DNA of 63,351 nt, filler included, from Pelomyxa schiedti (Eukaryota > Protista > Evosea), in assembly GCA_020536535.1 (NCBI GenBank). It is 9 parts of 9 records of this genome, joined end to end, with 100 filler letters (N's around TTAATTAATTAA, not from the genome) between each part and the next. Parts side by side here need not be neighbours in the genome. Positions count along the whole stretch, not along the records: positions 1 to 4,888 come from JAHLWZ010000349.1; positions 4,989 to 10,628 come from JAHLWZ010001481.1; positions 10,729 to 13,057 come from JAHLWZ010002030.1; 6 more parts are not named here. One strand, 5' to 3'. The position numbers and the translations under genes are program-made. Below the pieces are notes generated by a model, which did no database searches, was not told the DNA's origin, and worked only from the letters and a program-made list of their open reading frames with translations. Shown here one piece after another: positions 1 through 12,559 of this stretch (position 1 is its first letter; each line of letters begins with the position of its first letter).

Positions 1-2104
1 CTATGCCCGTCTCATTTTGATATCTGCTGATGGACAAATGCGGTGGATGGCTGCAGGTGTTAACCCACCAAGTACTACTTTACTCTACTTTAATGTGGGT
101 GCACTTTTACAACTTTAAAGGTGGAAATCTCAGTGACTACTGGTGTGCGGCATGTGAGATCTCATGCTCTGCGTTGTGCTCTGATTATCAAGCACCAGGG
201 AGAAATTTAGATGCTTGCCTACAACAATGCACCATTGCAAGAACAGAACCGAGAAGACTGCAAGCAGAAGCCATAATGATGAAGTGTAAGCTTCACAAAA
301 AGGCCTTCAAAAATCCCTTGATGATTCATGCACGAAGTTTACACTTTAATCCTTTCCTTCAGGTATAGAATTAATTTCCATTTGTCCACTCAATGTGTGC
401 AGGTTCCCGGTGATACATTACATGTGTTTTTGCTTAACTTAGCAAAAAAAGTTGTAACTAGACTCTCTAAAATCCTCACTGGCGATGACATGGAAGTTTG
501 GACTCAAAGGAATACCAAAGCACAAGCGCTATTCAAAATGCAGGGTGTTGTTCTCTCACTTCCGAACTTGCATGCAGTGAAACAGTGGAATGGGTACTGC
601 TGCATCAGTGTTCTACCATTAACTTTTCTCTAGAAAAGATTTGTTGAAGTTTCTCTCTCTAGCCCCTGTCACACTGGATGGTTTACCAGGTTTTCCTATT
701 TCATTCAAAACTTNNNNNNNNNNNNNNNNNNNNNNNNNNNNNNNNNNNNNNNNNNNNNNNNNNNNNNNNNNNNNNNNNNNNNNNNNNNNNNNNNNNNNNN
801 NNNNNNNNNNNNNGGTACTGCTGCATCAGTGTTCTACCATTAACTTTTCTCTAGAAAAGATTTGTTGAAGTTTCTCTCTCTAGCCCCTGTCACACTGGAT
901 GGTTTACCAGGTTTTCCTATTTCATTCAAAACTTGTAACACTTGTTTGTTTTAGATTTGCCTGAAGAACCTGTTCTTTGTGTTGAGAGTTTGGCGAAACT
1001 GGTTTGTATTGTGAAGAGCCCTTACTGGTGCACAGCATTTGATGCCATATTTCTTAAGGAGTATGAAAAATTTAAGTTGTAACCACTTTTGGTTTTCTTA
1101 GTGCTTACTGTTGCAGAAAGCACTGTTTCCAGTCCTTTGACTTGATTTTTGACAATAGTATTAACATTCATCTGCCGTATCATATGTGTCAATGGGTTGA
1201 AGGTAACCAAACCAAGAAATATTCTATTAATATTTGCTTAGCATTTGGACCACCATTTGGTTTTGATACACAAACTGGGGAGCGACTACAGCACACTATT
1301 GGTCTTCTTGGTAAACACTTCATTGGAAAAGACACCAACTTCATTCTCCAGGAAAGTGCTGCTCGCACTTGTCTTACTCTTGTGTACCTTTCTTCCATTC
1401 TGTGTTCATTTATTGACCACCAAAGGGAGTTGAACAAAGATTCTGAGCTTCTACAAAGTGTGTCGCAGAATGTTTGGTATCTTCAAAAAAACCAGGCAAT
1501 GGTAGTGCGGGGTCTTACTCTGAGAGTTGACTCAGTCTATTTATGCTTTTTGAGGACCCAAAAAAGCTTTGCCTTTGGTTGCATCTGTGCTATACAGTGG
1601 CACCGGGAGTTAGTTGATGTAGAGTGGCTAACTTCACCCAAATGTAAGAGAGAAGCTTCAATACTTTGGCTCACAATTACAGGCAATTTTAAAACAAAGT
1701 CCCCTGTTCTGCCACAATTGGCAATGACAGGCACTGTCTCTGTCTTTGATGTTCTCCGCCAAGTGGTGGTTATGCCTGGGTTCCGCTGTGGTTTGACAAC
1801 ACAGACTAAGAACACATTTGTTTGGCTGTCAGCAGCACTTGGTGTATGAATTCACCTCCGCACCCACCTTCCCACCACATCCCCCCTCAAACAGACAAAA
1901 GACAAAAGACACTTCTGTTTCTTTTTTTTTTTTGCCTTTGGTTCTGTGCAGAAGAAAAACCCACTGTGGGTACCTTTGTCTGTGGACTTCCAAAATGGAT
2001 TGCATGGGGCCATTTGGAAGTGGTACACCCTGACCCCGCTTTGGTGGATTTAAGCCAAAGAGGGTCCTTCTGGGAAAAATGGTCCCCACCTTGGATTCAG
2101 GGTG
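1..2104 (+). mobile_element. Decayed CACTA/EnSpm-like DNA transposon (frameshifted transposase plus probable right end)
   Basis: Fragmented ORFs carry CxxC (YWCAAC), 'PGDTLHVFLLNLAKK' (DxxH motif) and 'NIHLPYHM...FGPPFGFDTQTGERL' (HxxxH...GP...ER), as in EnSpm-type transposases. They are broken by stops and frameshifts. The right end 'gggaaaaatggtccccaccttggattcagggtg' resembles 54075-54179. Confidence 0.55.
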
Positions 2105-2468
2105 GCACAAGAAGAAAAAAGCCACCTGATCAAATTTATTTTGAGTTGTACCTCGACACCACATGAATACTCGGAATTCCTGAGAATCAAGAGTGGGTTC
2201 GAGTTGTCTACCCCAACTCAACAGTAATCACACAGTCTTTTTCTTTGAACAGTTAACAAGATTGTATTGATGAGTGCGGCATCTACGTGTCCAGTGTGCG
2301 GAGCGACGGTACCCGGTGGCGGAGATGCTCTCGGTATGTGTGGTTTTACCGTACTTTTCTGTCTCTTGTTGTCCTTCGACTTGCGTTTGTTGGTTTTTAG
2401 TAGTTCTAACGCAACCACGGTTTTTTTTTTTTTTTAAAGAGAGGCACGTGAATATATGCTTGGATGCA

Positions 2469-3923
2469 ATGAGTGGAGGCGGGGGAGTGGGAGGGGATGC
2501 AGGAGGGTCTGGTGGCGGCACCGTCAACACGACTCCCCCGGCTGTTACTGCTGTTGTTCCTCCTTCGCCGAAACGCAGTCATTACAACACTCCTCCTCCG
2601 ACAGGGGTGTGTATGACTTTATGCCCACACACTTTGGATATTTGTGCGCGGCTGCGGTGCGGTGATACTTAAAAGTCGCAGGTTCCTAGTCAGATATCAG
2701 AGGATGAGGCCCTGGCGAGACTGCTGCAAGAGCAAGAAGAAGAAAGTCACAGGAGCAGCGGCACTGGAGGCAGTGGGCGCGGTTCTGGATCTTTGTGCCC
2801 ACTATGTAACACCTCGAAACCTTTTGATGACATTTACATCCTTGATGTACGTGCGTGAGTTAAATCATTTAATGAAGTTCCAATCTTATTCTAACATCAT
2901 TACAGGAGTGCTCTCACCGTTTCTGCAAAGCTTGCATTCTACGTTACGTGGAAGACAAATTGATGACTAGTGTTCAGTATGTGTGCCCATTACCGAGCTG
3001 CAACAAGCAACTCTCCGTTCGAGATATGAAGGTAGTTTTATTTATCCCATGTTGTAGAAATTCAAAAAAGTCTTAGGACTTGATGCCAAAACGTGATGCT
3101 AACGCTAGACCCACCCAGTCATCAAAGCGTGCCTCTCAACGGATAATGGATGAATTGCGATATATCATGGCCAGTAATCCGGAAAAAAATGTGTGTCCGT
3201 ACAACTATTATTCCTTTTGGAAACACCTTCTCTAGGGATACAGTGCAGAAGTAGTGGATGATAACTTGTATTTGTGGGAGATCAAATTCTTCAATTTTGA
3301 CAAGACAGAACCAATAGCTCGGGATATGGCTGCCATGCATGTGGTATTTACTATTCCGAAATTTGGATTTACTCACAACAACCCTGTTAGAAACACATCA
3401 CAATGCACGTTGCTTTTCCTTCAACATACCCCATGACCCCACCATTTTGCAGAATCATCCGTCCAAGTGTGTTCCCCTTCCAAAGTAGTTCCAAACAAAA
3501 ACATTACACAGGATTTCAATTCCGAACGGGACACGTGACTGTGGGCGGCAGCATTTGCATGGAGCTTCTTACTAACAAAGGCTGGTCCCCAGGTTTGACC
3601 CCTAACTCATCTAACTACTACTAACTCCGCTTCTAAATTCACTCTCTCTACATTGTACCTCCGGTACCCCAGAAAACACCATCGAGGCAGTATGTATGTC
3701 CATCCGCAGCTCTTTCCTTGAGGGCGGAGCCCGCCTTGATACACGCAACCGCACCGACTACACTGAACGCGAGGCAAAGGATGCATTTGACAGGTACAGC
3801 CAATCGCCACCACGAAAACAAACGAAACCACGCAGTCACTCACTCCATACTAACTAAAAAATACACTCTTCAATTAAACTAACCAAAACCCACAGGCTGG
3901 TTCGCGAACATGGGTGGTTCTAA
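2469..3923 (+). CDS. UIM-RING-UBE2Q-family E2 fusion protein (multi-exon)
   Basis: Spliced reading gives EDEALARLLQEQE (UIM-like); CPLC..ECSHRFCKAC..CPLPSC (RING); DDNLYLWEIKF, FPSTYPMTPPFCRIIRP and GHVTVGGSICMELL (UBE2Q catalytic signature); ends LVREHGWF*. Confidence 0.85.
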
Positions 3924-4135
3924 TCCGATCTAAGATTGATCACCATCACGTTGGTATCACCCCAACTTGGACATTAACAACTTCAAAAAAGTGGCGACCG
4001 TTGCCAAATAAAAAAAAAAAAAACCAAAAATTCGCGTTTGAACGCACGATACCGAGTGCCACCGCAAAGGGAAAAAAAAAACCCAGCGCGTGTTGTTAAA
4101 GTAGTGAAGGAACAGCCAGTACAAAACCAACAATA

Positions 4136-4888
4136 ATGGGAGGAGGGCAGGGAAAAGCTGCGACGGCACCGGTTGTGGCAGCCGAGAGGCCGACATTCAA
4201 TTCGCCAATAAAGGAAATCAAAAATACGAGCGTTGACCCACCGGTGGTGTATAAGGTCCAATCGTCATTGGGCAAAGGTATTCCTTTGCTGATTCTAGTA
4301 CCGCATTTTCCTTGTTGTTTTTTTTTTTTTTTTTTTTTGAATAAAGAATAACACAAAGAGAGATGGCGGGTAATCAATTGTCAGTTACTTATTTTCTTCC
4401 AGGTGCTTTTGGGGAAGTTTTCAAGGTAACTGACCCAGCAGGAAAGAAATGGGCATTGAAACAAATTTACTGTGAGTCCAAAGCAGTCCATGACAGAAGC
4501 TTGGTTGAGGTTTAGAGCTCCCTGGCTGTTACTATTCTCACTAATGCCATATCCATTTCATCATATCAGACTCAGACAATGAAGGCCCTTCGTCACCCTA
4601 ACGTTGTCCAACTGAATGACTGTTTCACACTGCACGATCCAACAACTGGCAGTTATGCACTATGTATTGTTATGGAATTGGTGGAGGGAACAGACTTGGA
4701 AACGTATCTCCAACGTTCTGTCGGGGAAAAACCCAAACTAGAGGTATAGTTCTTTGTCTTCATAAATTATTTTTTGAAACCTAACGTTGGCTAGATTGTG
4801 ATGGAGTGGTTTATTTGCCTTCTGGATGCACTGGTTTATTTTCAGGTTTCCCGCAATGTTTCAGTTTTCAATCTCACATTCACAAAGA
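4136..4888 (+). CDS. Ser/Thr protein kinase (NEK-like), 3' truncated by linker, possible N-myristoylation (MGGGQG)
   Basis: After splicing: LGKGAFGEV, WALK, LRHPNVVQL, CIVMELVEG, WFICLLDALVY. Confidence 0.85.
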
Positions 4889-4988
4889 NNNNNNNNNNNN
4901 NNNNNNNNNNNNNNNNNNNNNNNNNNNNNNNNTTAATTAATTAANNNNNNNNNNNNNNNNNNNNNNNNNNNNNNNNNNNNNNNNNNNN
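4889..4988. other. Artificial contig linker (N44-TTAATTAATTAA-N44). The 12-mer starts at 4933, 10673, 13102, 15189, 16485, 18664, 31558 and 61320.
   Basis: Identical palindromic stop-codon 12-mer embedded in Ns eight times; genes are cut at these points. Confidence 0.97.
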
Positions 4989-5180
4989 AGTCCTCAGGGT
5001 CACATTTGGATCCGCAAAACTACTTGGCATGAACTCTGTGTGCTCGTGGCCCACAATCCCACACCCCGACTGTGAGTGAAACAAAAAGAGCTTTTGTATC
5101 TGATTGATTGGAAGATGGGCGTCCAAAAACAAACAGCCAACCACTTTGTTCAGCGAAGGAGAAAAAAGAAGTGGAACAAG

Positions 5181-7856
5181 ATGCGGGCGTTGGTTTTATG
5201 TTTGGTGGTGGCGGTGTGTGGATACGGAGTTGTGGGAGCAGTAGGGGGCACGTTGTACGGTGACACGGTTGCATCGCTGTACGACCGGGTGATTGCGTCA
5301 CAAATGACAAAAACCGAGTCCGTTCTCTCGTTCATTGACGTGTTCTGACTTTTTTGTTTTCACCCCAGACCTTTTATCAAGCCATTCCATTGGCAAGAAC
5401 AGAAGGGAATCTTCCCCAGTGATGTGCTCTTTAACTTGCATGGAAGGCCTGGTATCACATCATATCCGATTTGGATGAAAAGCCATTAACAAATGTCATT
5501 GTTTTTATTTTAGTCATTACTGCTACAAGGCGGGCACTTGACACTCCCGATGTAAATGCATTTGTTACATTGTGGGTGATGAATACCCTTTTGGAGGCAC
5601 ACGCCATTGGCGCCATTAACTTGGACCAAGATGTAGTTCAGAACGCAGTTACTGCCATTGTGGATTACCAGTAACTTGAGCTTTCCCTTTCCCTTTATAT
5701 TGTTCATTCATCATCTATGCAGAGACAAGAATTATCCAGATAATATGCGGCAAACTTTTTGGCCGCAAAAGCTTATCAATGGAACTTGGGTGTGCAATCC
5801 AGAAAACGTTCTCGGGATGTGTGATGACATGGAGGGCTTTGCCGAGCTTGTAAACTTTGACCTTAAGATTCGTTACACTAAATTTCTTTTAAGGTGTTAA
5901 CAGTCCTTGAGGATCTGGACATACTACCGTTCATTCAAGCAATGACAGAAATTATGATTGAAGTGATCGAGGGATATCGGCCTTACTTCCCAATCCCTGC
6001 CGACTTTGATGACAGTTTTACTAACGTTGGTTTTGGCAACTTCCTTCTGTACCTTGCTTCGGACTTCCCTCAGGTTTACTTTTACATGCTCCACTCTTGG
6101 CTAACAGTCATTCATTCAGGCTCAAAAGGCTTGGGCCTCGGCAAATGAAAACCCAGCAACTCTTTGGGAACCAACTTTGAAATACTCCTATCAGCCATTC
6201 TCTTCCGATTTCAACCTCAACAGCATCGATCCTCGCACCTATTACTTTGCTCACGAGTTTCTTGAACAACTCTCAAAGAATGAATCTTTTGTACTCCCAA
6301 GTTTGCGTTCCTCTTCACTCTTTTTTCCTCAAATACTTTTAGCAACTTGGATATCAAATATTGATGAAAATAGAGAACTCTTTTACGAAGAAGTAGCAAT
6401 GCCATTCAGAATGACCCCTTCTACTTTGAAACTCTTTTTAATATTTCCACAGACGTGAACAATGTTGATGCAAGTGTTACCGCTAATGTTCTTTATGGGC
6501 TGACTTCTCAAATTATTAGCAGCTTCCCAGATATTTCCTGGTTTTCGTCGGAGTTACAAGGACTTTACTTGAACACCTCCAGTTATATAGCTGTATGGTA
6601 GTTGAAGCATTCCTTGCCTGTTTTTACGTTGAAAGTGGACTATTGATTCAAATATGTTTGCCACAAGACCAGACCTGGGTTTATTGTACTACCCTGACCC
6701 ATATGCGTTTATTTGGTTTGTCTCCCGTACAGAGCGGTTGTTAAGTGACCTTGACCCTTCTATTTTGGCCAAGCTTCCGAGTGTTGTGGTAAGTTTTGCT
6801 TGTAGAAGCTTTTTTCGCTTACATTATGCCAGATCCAGGCTCATGACATGTTGTCAAATTCTCTGCACGGGGCCGCAACAGCTTTTTTGCTCTCGACTGT
6901 GACATCTAATGAGACAACAAAGGTATTTAGGTATGCACCTCAGCCATTGAATTTATCCCGTGTAGGTTTATTGGGAGCAATGGTTGGGGGCTGCAGACAA
7001 AGACAAGGATGGAAAGTAAGCTCTATTTAGATATCTCCCCGTTACATACACTCACTAGCCTTGAGCCACATGGCGACGATAGATTATTCACAACGGGAGC
7101 CGCTATCAATGATCTAATTAACATATGGACCAAGAAAGCTGGGTCTGGTCTCCAATGGAAGGATGACGCACCTTCTTCTGTTCAAAGTAATATCATTTTC
7201 TGCGTTTCAATAACTCAATTCATTCAAGGTCTTGTGGCTCAAGCTGCCGCATATCTAAATAGCACTGTTTTAAACCCAGATTCACTTTATTACAACGCAT
7301 TTTTTAGCGGTTCAGTGAAAGGGCAGGATTCCCTTCCCTATGCGTATGTAATTAATTCACCAATTGTTTTAATTAAAATTAAAAAACCCCAAACCTTTTT
7401 TGAGTTTGAGAACAAATGAACTCACAACAAATAGGTACCCGGCAACCTTCATGCAATACTTGAATGGCACCGATTTGCCACCTAATCCCTCTGCCTTGTA
7501 CATTACAACTGATCTTATTATTGCCATGCAAGGTTGCCCTAGTGCCGAAGACTATCAATCAATGGTAGATGAAAGGCACTTTGGTAACAATCGTCCCCAA
7601 TTACCCCAAAAACACTCATTTTCCATTCCTTACGATGTGACATAGAATACTACAAGACTCCGGTGCAATTTGATGGATTCAACGCGGTATTATTCTCCCT
7701 CTTTTCCATGCCACCCAGGAAACCCCTGGTTAGCAGCAAATCAATCGGTATAACCACACACAATAGGTTCAGATATTCCCGTTCTGGTCCGCAGCTCCCC
7801 TCACAATGTCCATCGACCTCCTGGCCCTCGCAAAAGTGGGTCTTATTATCAACTAA
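5181..7856 (+). CDS. Secreted uncharacterised protein, possible terpene-cyclase/prenyltransferase-like alpha-barrel (many exons)
   Basis: Signal peptide MRALVLCLVVAVCG; motifs IPADFDDS (DxDD), IDPRTYYF, NNVDASVTANVLYGL, LYYPDPYAF, DDRLFTT; ends FPFWSAAPLTMSIDLLALAKVGLIIN*. Confidence 0.6.
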
Positions 7857-7985
7857 CACAGTGAAATGTATTAGTTCGCTTCAATCTCAGAGAAGTTCCT
7901 CCATTTCTTTAAAAATTCCTAAATAAAAACAAGGGGAAGGAATCTACCCCTTCGGTACAGAACCGTTTCCCCGAGAAGGAAAAAA

Positions 7986-9170
7986 ATGAACTATGCACCC
8001 CCGACGCAACCGACGAGTACCACCGGTGGTGAATGGGCCATCGCCACGCACGTCGAATACCGCGACCAATTCGTTGCGCTGATGATGTCGTCGCACGCGA
8101 GGTGCGGCCGATCCAGCCCCGCGGCCGCCCTCACCACCTCGGCCCCGCTCATCGTGGAGTCCCTCCACAAGTCCTGTTCCGCGGGCCTCGTGGTCCTGCA
8201 GCCCCTCTACGAGGACTCGGTGGCCGTGGGGGTCTCGCTGGCCACGTTTGGCGTCACGAGCCCCCCGAAGCGGAGGACCAACTGGCAGGGAAAGGCCCTG
8301 GCAAAGTTCATGACGGGGACCCGCTGCCTGTGCGAGACCATGGGCCGCACGGACATCGATTTGTCGGTTGTGGACGTGGGGACTGGGGTGCAGCGCAGGG
8401 TGCTGGGCTTTGCCGGGGAGCATTTCTGCCGCGCAATGTGTGTGGGGGAGTGGGTCCTGGACTTCGATGGGTGGAGGCTGTGGAGGGTGACGGAGGACAG
8501 GAGTGATTGGTATCACAGGGACGGCGGCGGGCCGATGGTTGTTTCTAGGCCGAGGAGCGTGAGGCCTTTCGCGGGGATGGTGGGCCAGAGTTCTTTCAGT
8601 TTCAGGCATATGGCTGGCGACGTGGGGGACAGGTTTTTCGACATGAGGTGTTATGGGGATGGGCTGTGTGTGTTCCACTTGTTCGACATGGAGAAGATGT
8701 TTGAGAGCGGCGTGATGGAGCCCATTGACACTGTGAAGGTTCCTATTCCAAGAGCTTTGATCTCTCCTACTGCTCACTGTTTCTGGGCATCAAAAAGAGT
8801 GATGGTGCAATCAGAAGGCGTTTACTATGAGGTCCTAAAGGGTGGTGAGCTGAAGCTTCTCTGCAGAAACCCCGACCAGACCTTTACCATGCACAACTTC
8901 TGGATCGTGTTGAGGAAGGAGTCACCCAACCAGTGTGAATCATGGGATTTCTCGGTCAGCCCGAAGGCAGAGCAACCAACAGTGATCTCACTTCCAGAGT
9001 CGGACGACCCAATCCGCCTGATGAGTGGGGCCAAGCTCCTTATTGTGGAGGGAGGTTCTCGAGTTCACGCAGTTGACCCTGCCTCTGGCGCGATAATTTT
9101 CACGTTGATGGCCCCTCTCCTCCAGTCAGGGCCCCTCTGCATCATTAATAGCAAAACCTTCAATTCCTAA
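7986..9170 (+). CDS. HPRxG-family protein (F-box-like N-terminal motif, beta-rich C-terminus), intronless
   Basis: 394-aa ORF; RDQFVALMMSSHARCGRSSPA motif shared with other ORFs in the window; C-terminal VHAVDPASGAII. Confidence 0.75.
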   Translation: MNYAPPTQPTSTTGGEWAIATHVEYRDQFVALMMSSHARCGRSSPAAALTTSAPLIVESLHKSCSAGLVVLQPLYEDSVAVGVSLATFGVTSPPKRRTNWQGKALAKFMTGTRCLCETMGRTDIDLSVVDVGTGVQRRVLGFAGEHFCRAMCVGEWVLDFDGWRLWRVTEDRSDWYHRDGGGPMVVSRPRSVRPFAGMVGQSSFSFRHMAGDVGDRFFDMRCYGDGLCVFHLFDMEKMFESGVMEPIDTVKVPIPRALISPTAHCFWASKRVMVQSEGVYYEVLKGGELKLLCRNPDQTFTMHNFWIVLRKESPNQCESWDFSVSPKAEQPTVISLPESDDPIRLMSGAKLLIVEGGSRVHAVDPASGAIIFTLMAPLLQSGPLCIINSKTFNS

Positions 9171-9323
9171 CTTATTCAGTGTTTCAACAATTTGTGATTC
9201 AGTAGAATACACAAGCAAACTCTCTGCGAGCACGAGAGACTCAGTCTTAAATTCGGCGAACTGATTCAAATAATTTCTAAAAGAAAGAAAAAAGAAGAAG
9301 ACGTTGTCTGGGCACACTCCTCC

Positions 9324-10628
9324 ATGTCGTTCCTCGAAACGGTGCCACAACGGCAACCCACAATTGTGGTTCACTTGAATGCCCACGACCAATTTATTGC
9401 GCTGGCCACCTCGTCGAACCCCAGATGTGGAGCCCACAGCCCTGCGCACTCTATTACAGAGCAACCAGCCCTGCGAATGCAATTGTGGGAAATGTGCTTC
9501 CACAACACACACTCAGCAACAACATCAACAACATGGCTTGGGATTTCAGTCACAAGGAGGCCTCAATTTACCACTGGATCCTGTGCCTTCACCACCTTGG
9601 TTTCATTCAAGTTGTCACGGGCACTCAGTGGGGTGATTCCGGCGTCTGTTGGTGTCAGCCCAACGTGGCGCAATGATGGGATGTCATCACACAGTGCCAC
9701 TTGTGTTCCTGCTCCACAGGTCAACTGGAACAACATGGGTTTCAATGTGCTTGAGAAGGTTGGTTGGCTCACTGAAGTGTCAAATGATCATTACTTTTAT
9801 GAATACCGAATAATACTGACTGACGTAACTGCAACAACTGGGAAGACGTCATCAAAGCGTGGTGATAACCAGAGTGGCCTTAGGAGAGTTAAAGGTTGGT
9901 ATGATGCGTATTCGTCTGGAATTTCTGTGGCAAACAGAAAGTGGTTTGTGCATGAGAGCAAGTACAGCCTCGGGATTTCTGAAGTTCTTGGTAGTGGTCA
10001 CCTGAACAACAGGATTGTAGTTACGGCTGCGCTACAAACCTCGTTTTGCATGCTCTTCCTCAACAAAGCTGACCCAGACGAGGCTGTAGTTGTGATTGAC
10101 AACCAGCATGGTTCTGGGCTTTTTTCCCGGATTGATGTACCTCAGACCCATCAAGGAGGAAAACTGGCAACAAAGAGTGAGACACCATGGCTAAATCCTG
10201 CCGCAACCCAAATCACAATAGGACTGGTTTTCACGAGATTGGAAGGCTTCCACTGCTTTGTTTTGATGACAGCCCCATCTGGCAGTGACCTAAATGACGG
10301 TTCTGATGAAGATAGTGATGCAGTGTGGCATCTGGAGGAGACCACTGGGATTTCAAAAAAGCTGTGTGACAAACATGCACATGGACTATCACAGCTGGAT
10401 GACACCACATTCTGTGTGTCACTTGACAGTGAGTACCAGCTCTGGAGTGTATCAAACACAGAAAATCCTTTGAGAAGAGTGACTCAGTTTACACCAAACA
10501 CAGAGTTGGTGATGGCCGAGTGTGGATTCTTGGTCCATCAGATGGAGAGTGTTATTACAGTTACAGACCCATCAACAGGAGCAATTCTGATGTCACTCAC
10601 AGACCTCCCTCCCAACCTCAATCTCCAC
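9324..10628 (+). CDS. HPRxG-family protein, intronless, 3' end cut by linker
   Basis: HDQFIALATSSNPRCGAHSPA; NRKWFV; FLNKADPDEAV; LSQLDDTTFCV; AECGFL; VTDPSTG. Confidence 0.8.
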
Positions 10629-10869
10629 NNNNNNNNNNNNNNNNNNNNNNNNNNNNNNNNNNNNNNNNNNNNTTAATTAATTAANNNNNNNNNNNNNNNN
10701 NNNNNNNNNNNNNNNNNNNNNNNNNNNNAGTCCACCATTCACAATGAACTTTGCCGGTTTTACTGCCGCCACTCAGTATGTCTGTTGTTGATGTATAAAT
10801 TAATAAAAAAGAAAAAAGAATGTATAGTTCCTGAATGTTTCTTTTTTTTTGTATTTTGTATTTTGTACA

Positions 10870-12490
10870 TCAGGGTAATTGTTGTTGTGTGTTTGTGGAG
10901 GGGGTGGTAGCTGTTGCTGTGTGTGACTGTTTTGGCTTGTATTTGATGTTGAGAACCACACCAGCAAACACAACCGCGGCTCCGGCTAAGTAGAGAAAGG
11001 TGAATGGCTTGGAGAACAGCAAAAATGAGAGGAAAAGGGACATGGCTTTGCGGCATGACGTGGTTATCACCGCAGTAAGTGCACTAGTTCTTTTTACTAG
11101 CATGAGGACGCATACAGTACCAAAGTAGGCTAGAAGGCCTGCAACCTGTGTGGTTGAATGAGTGATTGTTCTGGGTCTGGGTTTTTTGGGTAACATACAA
11201 CAATTTGTAGTAGAACAAACTTTTTTACGGCGATAACGGAAAGTGCAGTGAATAATTCGTTGCTAAGAAATAGCCATGGCAGTATCATAATAGCACCAAT
11301 TCCGAAGGAATACACAACCTGTTAGACCTTTATATGTAAATAGGAACTCGATGTAGAAGCAGGCGCACAAGTTCATTTTCCGTAACGCCATATTCTCTCA
11401 TTCCTTTCTCTTGTGAATTGTCTTGGCATGCATTCATTATAAGTGTGAGGGAAATGAGAAGTATCCCTTGTTGAGTTAGAGTGATTCAATTGAACTGAAT
11501 CCAAACCAAAAAAGTTAAAGGTTGGCATAGCATTGATGTCAGCCATAGTTACTACAGTTAGACCAATAGCAATGAGAAATACGCTGCCGTACTCCCTAAT
11601 GGTATAACGCTTCTTTTGAATGAAAAGCCCGCCCAGCATTGTTATAACAACGCGAGCAGATTTAAAAAGTAACTAACTGAACTTCAGAGGATTAAGGAAT
11701 TTCAAACAAAGAAGGAAGATACCCAGGTAGGGAAATTCAGAAAGCGGAGGGAGTAAGCAGAAAGAGCGAATCCAGAGACATTAAAAAATGCAACTCTAAC
11801 GTGATACCATAAGGGTGCCTTGCGACTGCGATTATGTTAAAAGTTTCACTTTTGTTTTAAAAGTAAACATTAAATATACATTTCATCACAACAAAGCCAC
11901 ACACCAAAAAACCTTGTGTAGTCATTGATGAGGCCAAGGTTAAGGAGGGAAAGTGGCCAATAATTGTGGCCCAGCCTCTCCAGTAACCCAAATGAAACGA
12001 AAATAGTAAAATGGACAACTGTAACGAATCCACCGTACTCAAATCGATTGTTTTTGAATATCGATTCCTGCACAAGAAAATGTGTCACCCAACCAGCCCC
12101 CAAAAAAGAAACACAAGAGTAGCTTACCTGCAGCAAAATAACAAGGCAGAACGACGCAAACAAGCAGCAAATTAGAATCGTCACGGTCCTGGTCCCCTCC
12201 CCAACTTGTAACCCTGCACATTTGATGGTGTTGTGTGAGTCCATAATAGCAGCACCATACCACAACTCCTACTCTCTTCATCCACCAACACAAACACACA
12301 AACACACAAACACACAACAACCTGCATGCCCAGCCGCGGGTGACGGCGACGGTGGCGAGGAGGAGGAAGGAGCGGGTGGATTATGATGATCACCACCACG
12401 ATCATGTGCAGGTGGTGGTGGTGGCGGGGGGGTACCACCCGCCGGCGGCAGCACCACCACCACGCCCGCGTCGCCCGTGGCATCTACCAT
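10870..12490 (-). CDS. SLC35B-family nucleotide-sugar/PAPS (UAA) transporter
   Basis: Exons give YGGFVTVVHF, FLNFPTWxLFKSARVVITMLGG, YSFGIG, ALTAVITTSCRKAMSLFLSFLLFSKPFT; multiple TM segments. Confidence 0.85.
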
Positions 12491-12559
12491 TGGCACCAGA
12501 ACCAACCGGATTGTTGTTGTCGATTTCCAGCCAGAACCAGAGTTCAAAGGGCGGCATTG

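Noticed and set aside
594-933. ~120-bp direct repeats flanking 100-N gaps (also 17534-17872 and 62291-62630)
   Set aside because: Identical sequence on both sides of a gap is an unmerged contig overlap, not biology.
2190-2220. gggttcgagt T-loop-like motif
   Set aside because: No cloverleaf or acceptor stem could be built.
4933-4944. Recurrent TTAATTAATTAA palindrome
   Set aside because: Always embedded in Ns with a fixed total length; artificial linker.
7944-8777. 277-aa - strand ORF (similarly 15410-16000 and 35068-35835)
   Set aside because: Shadow ORFs overlapping better-supported genes.
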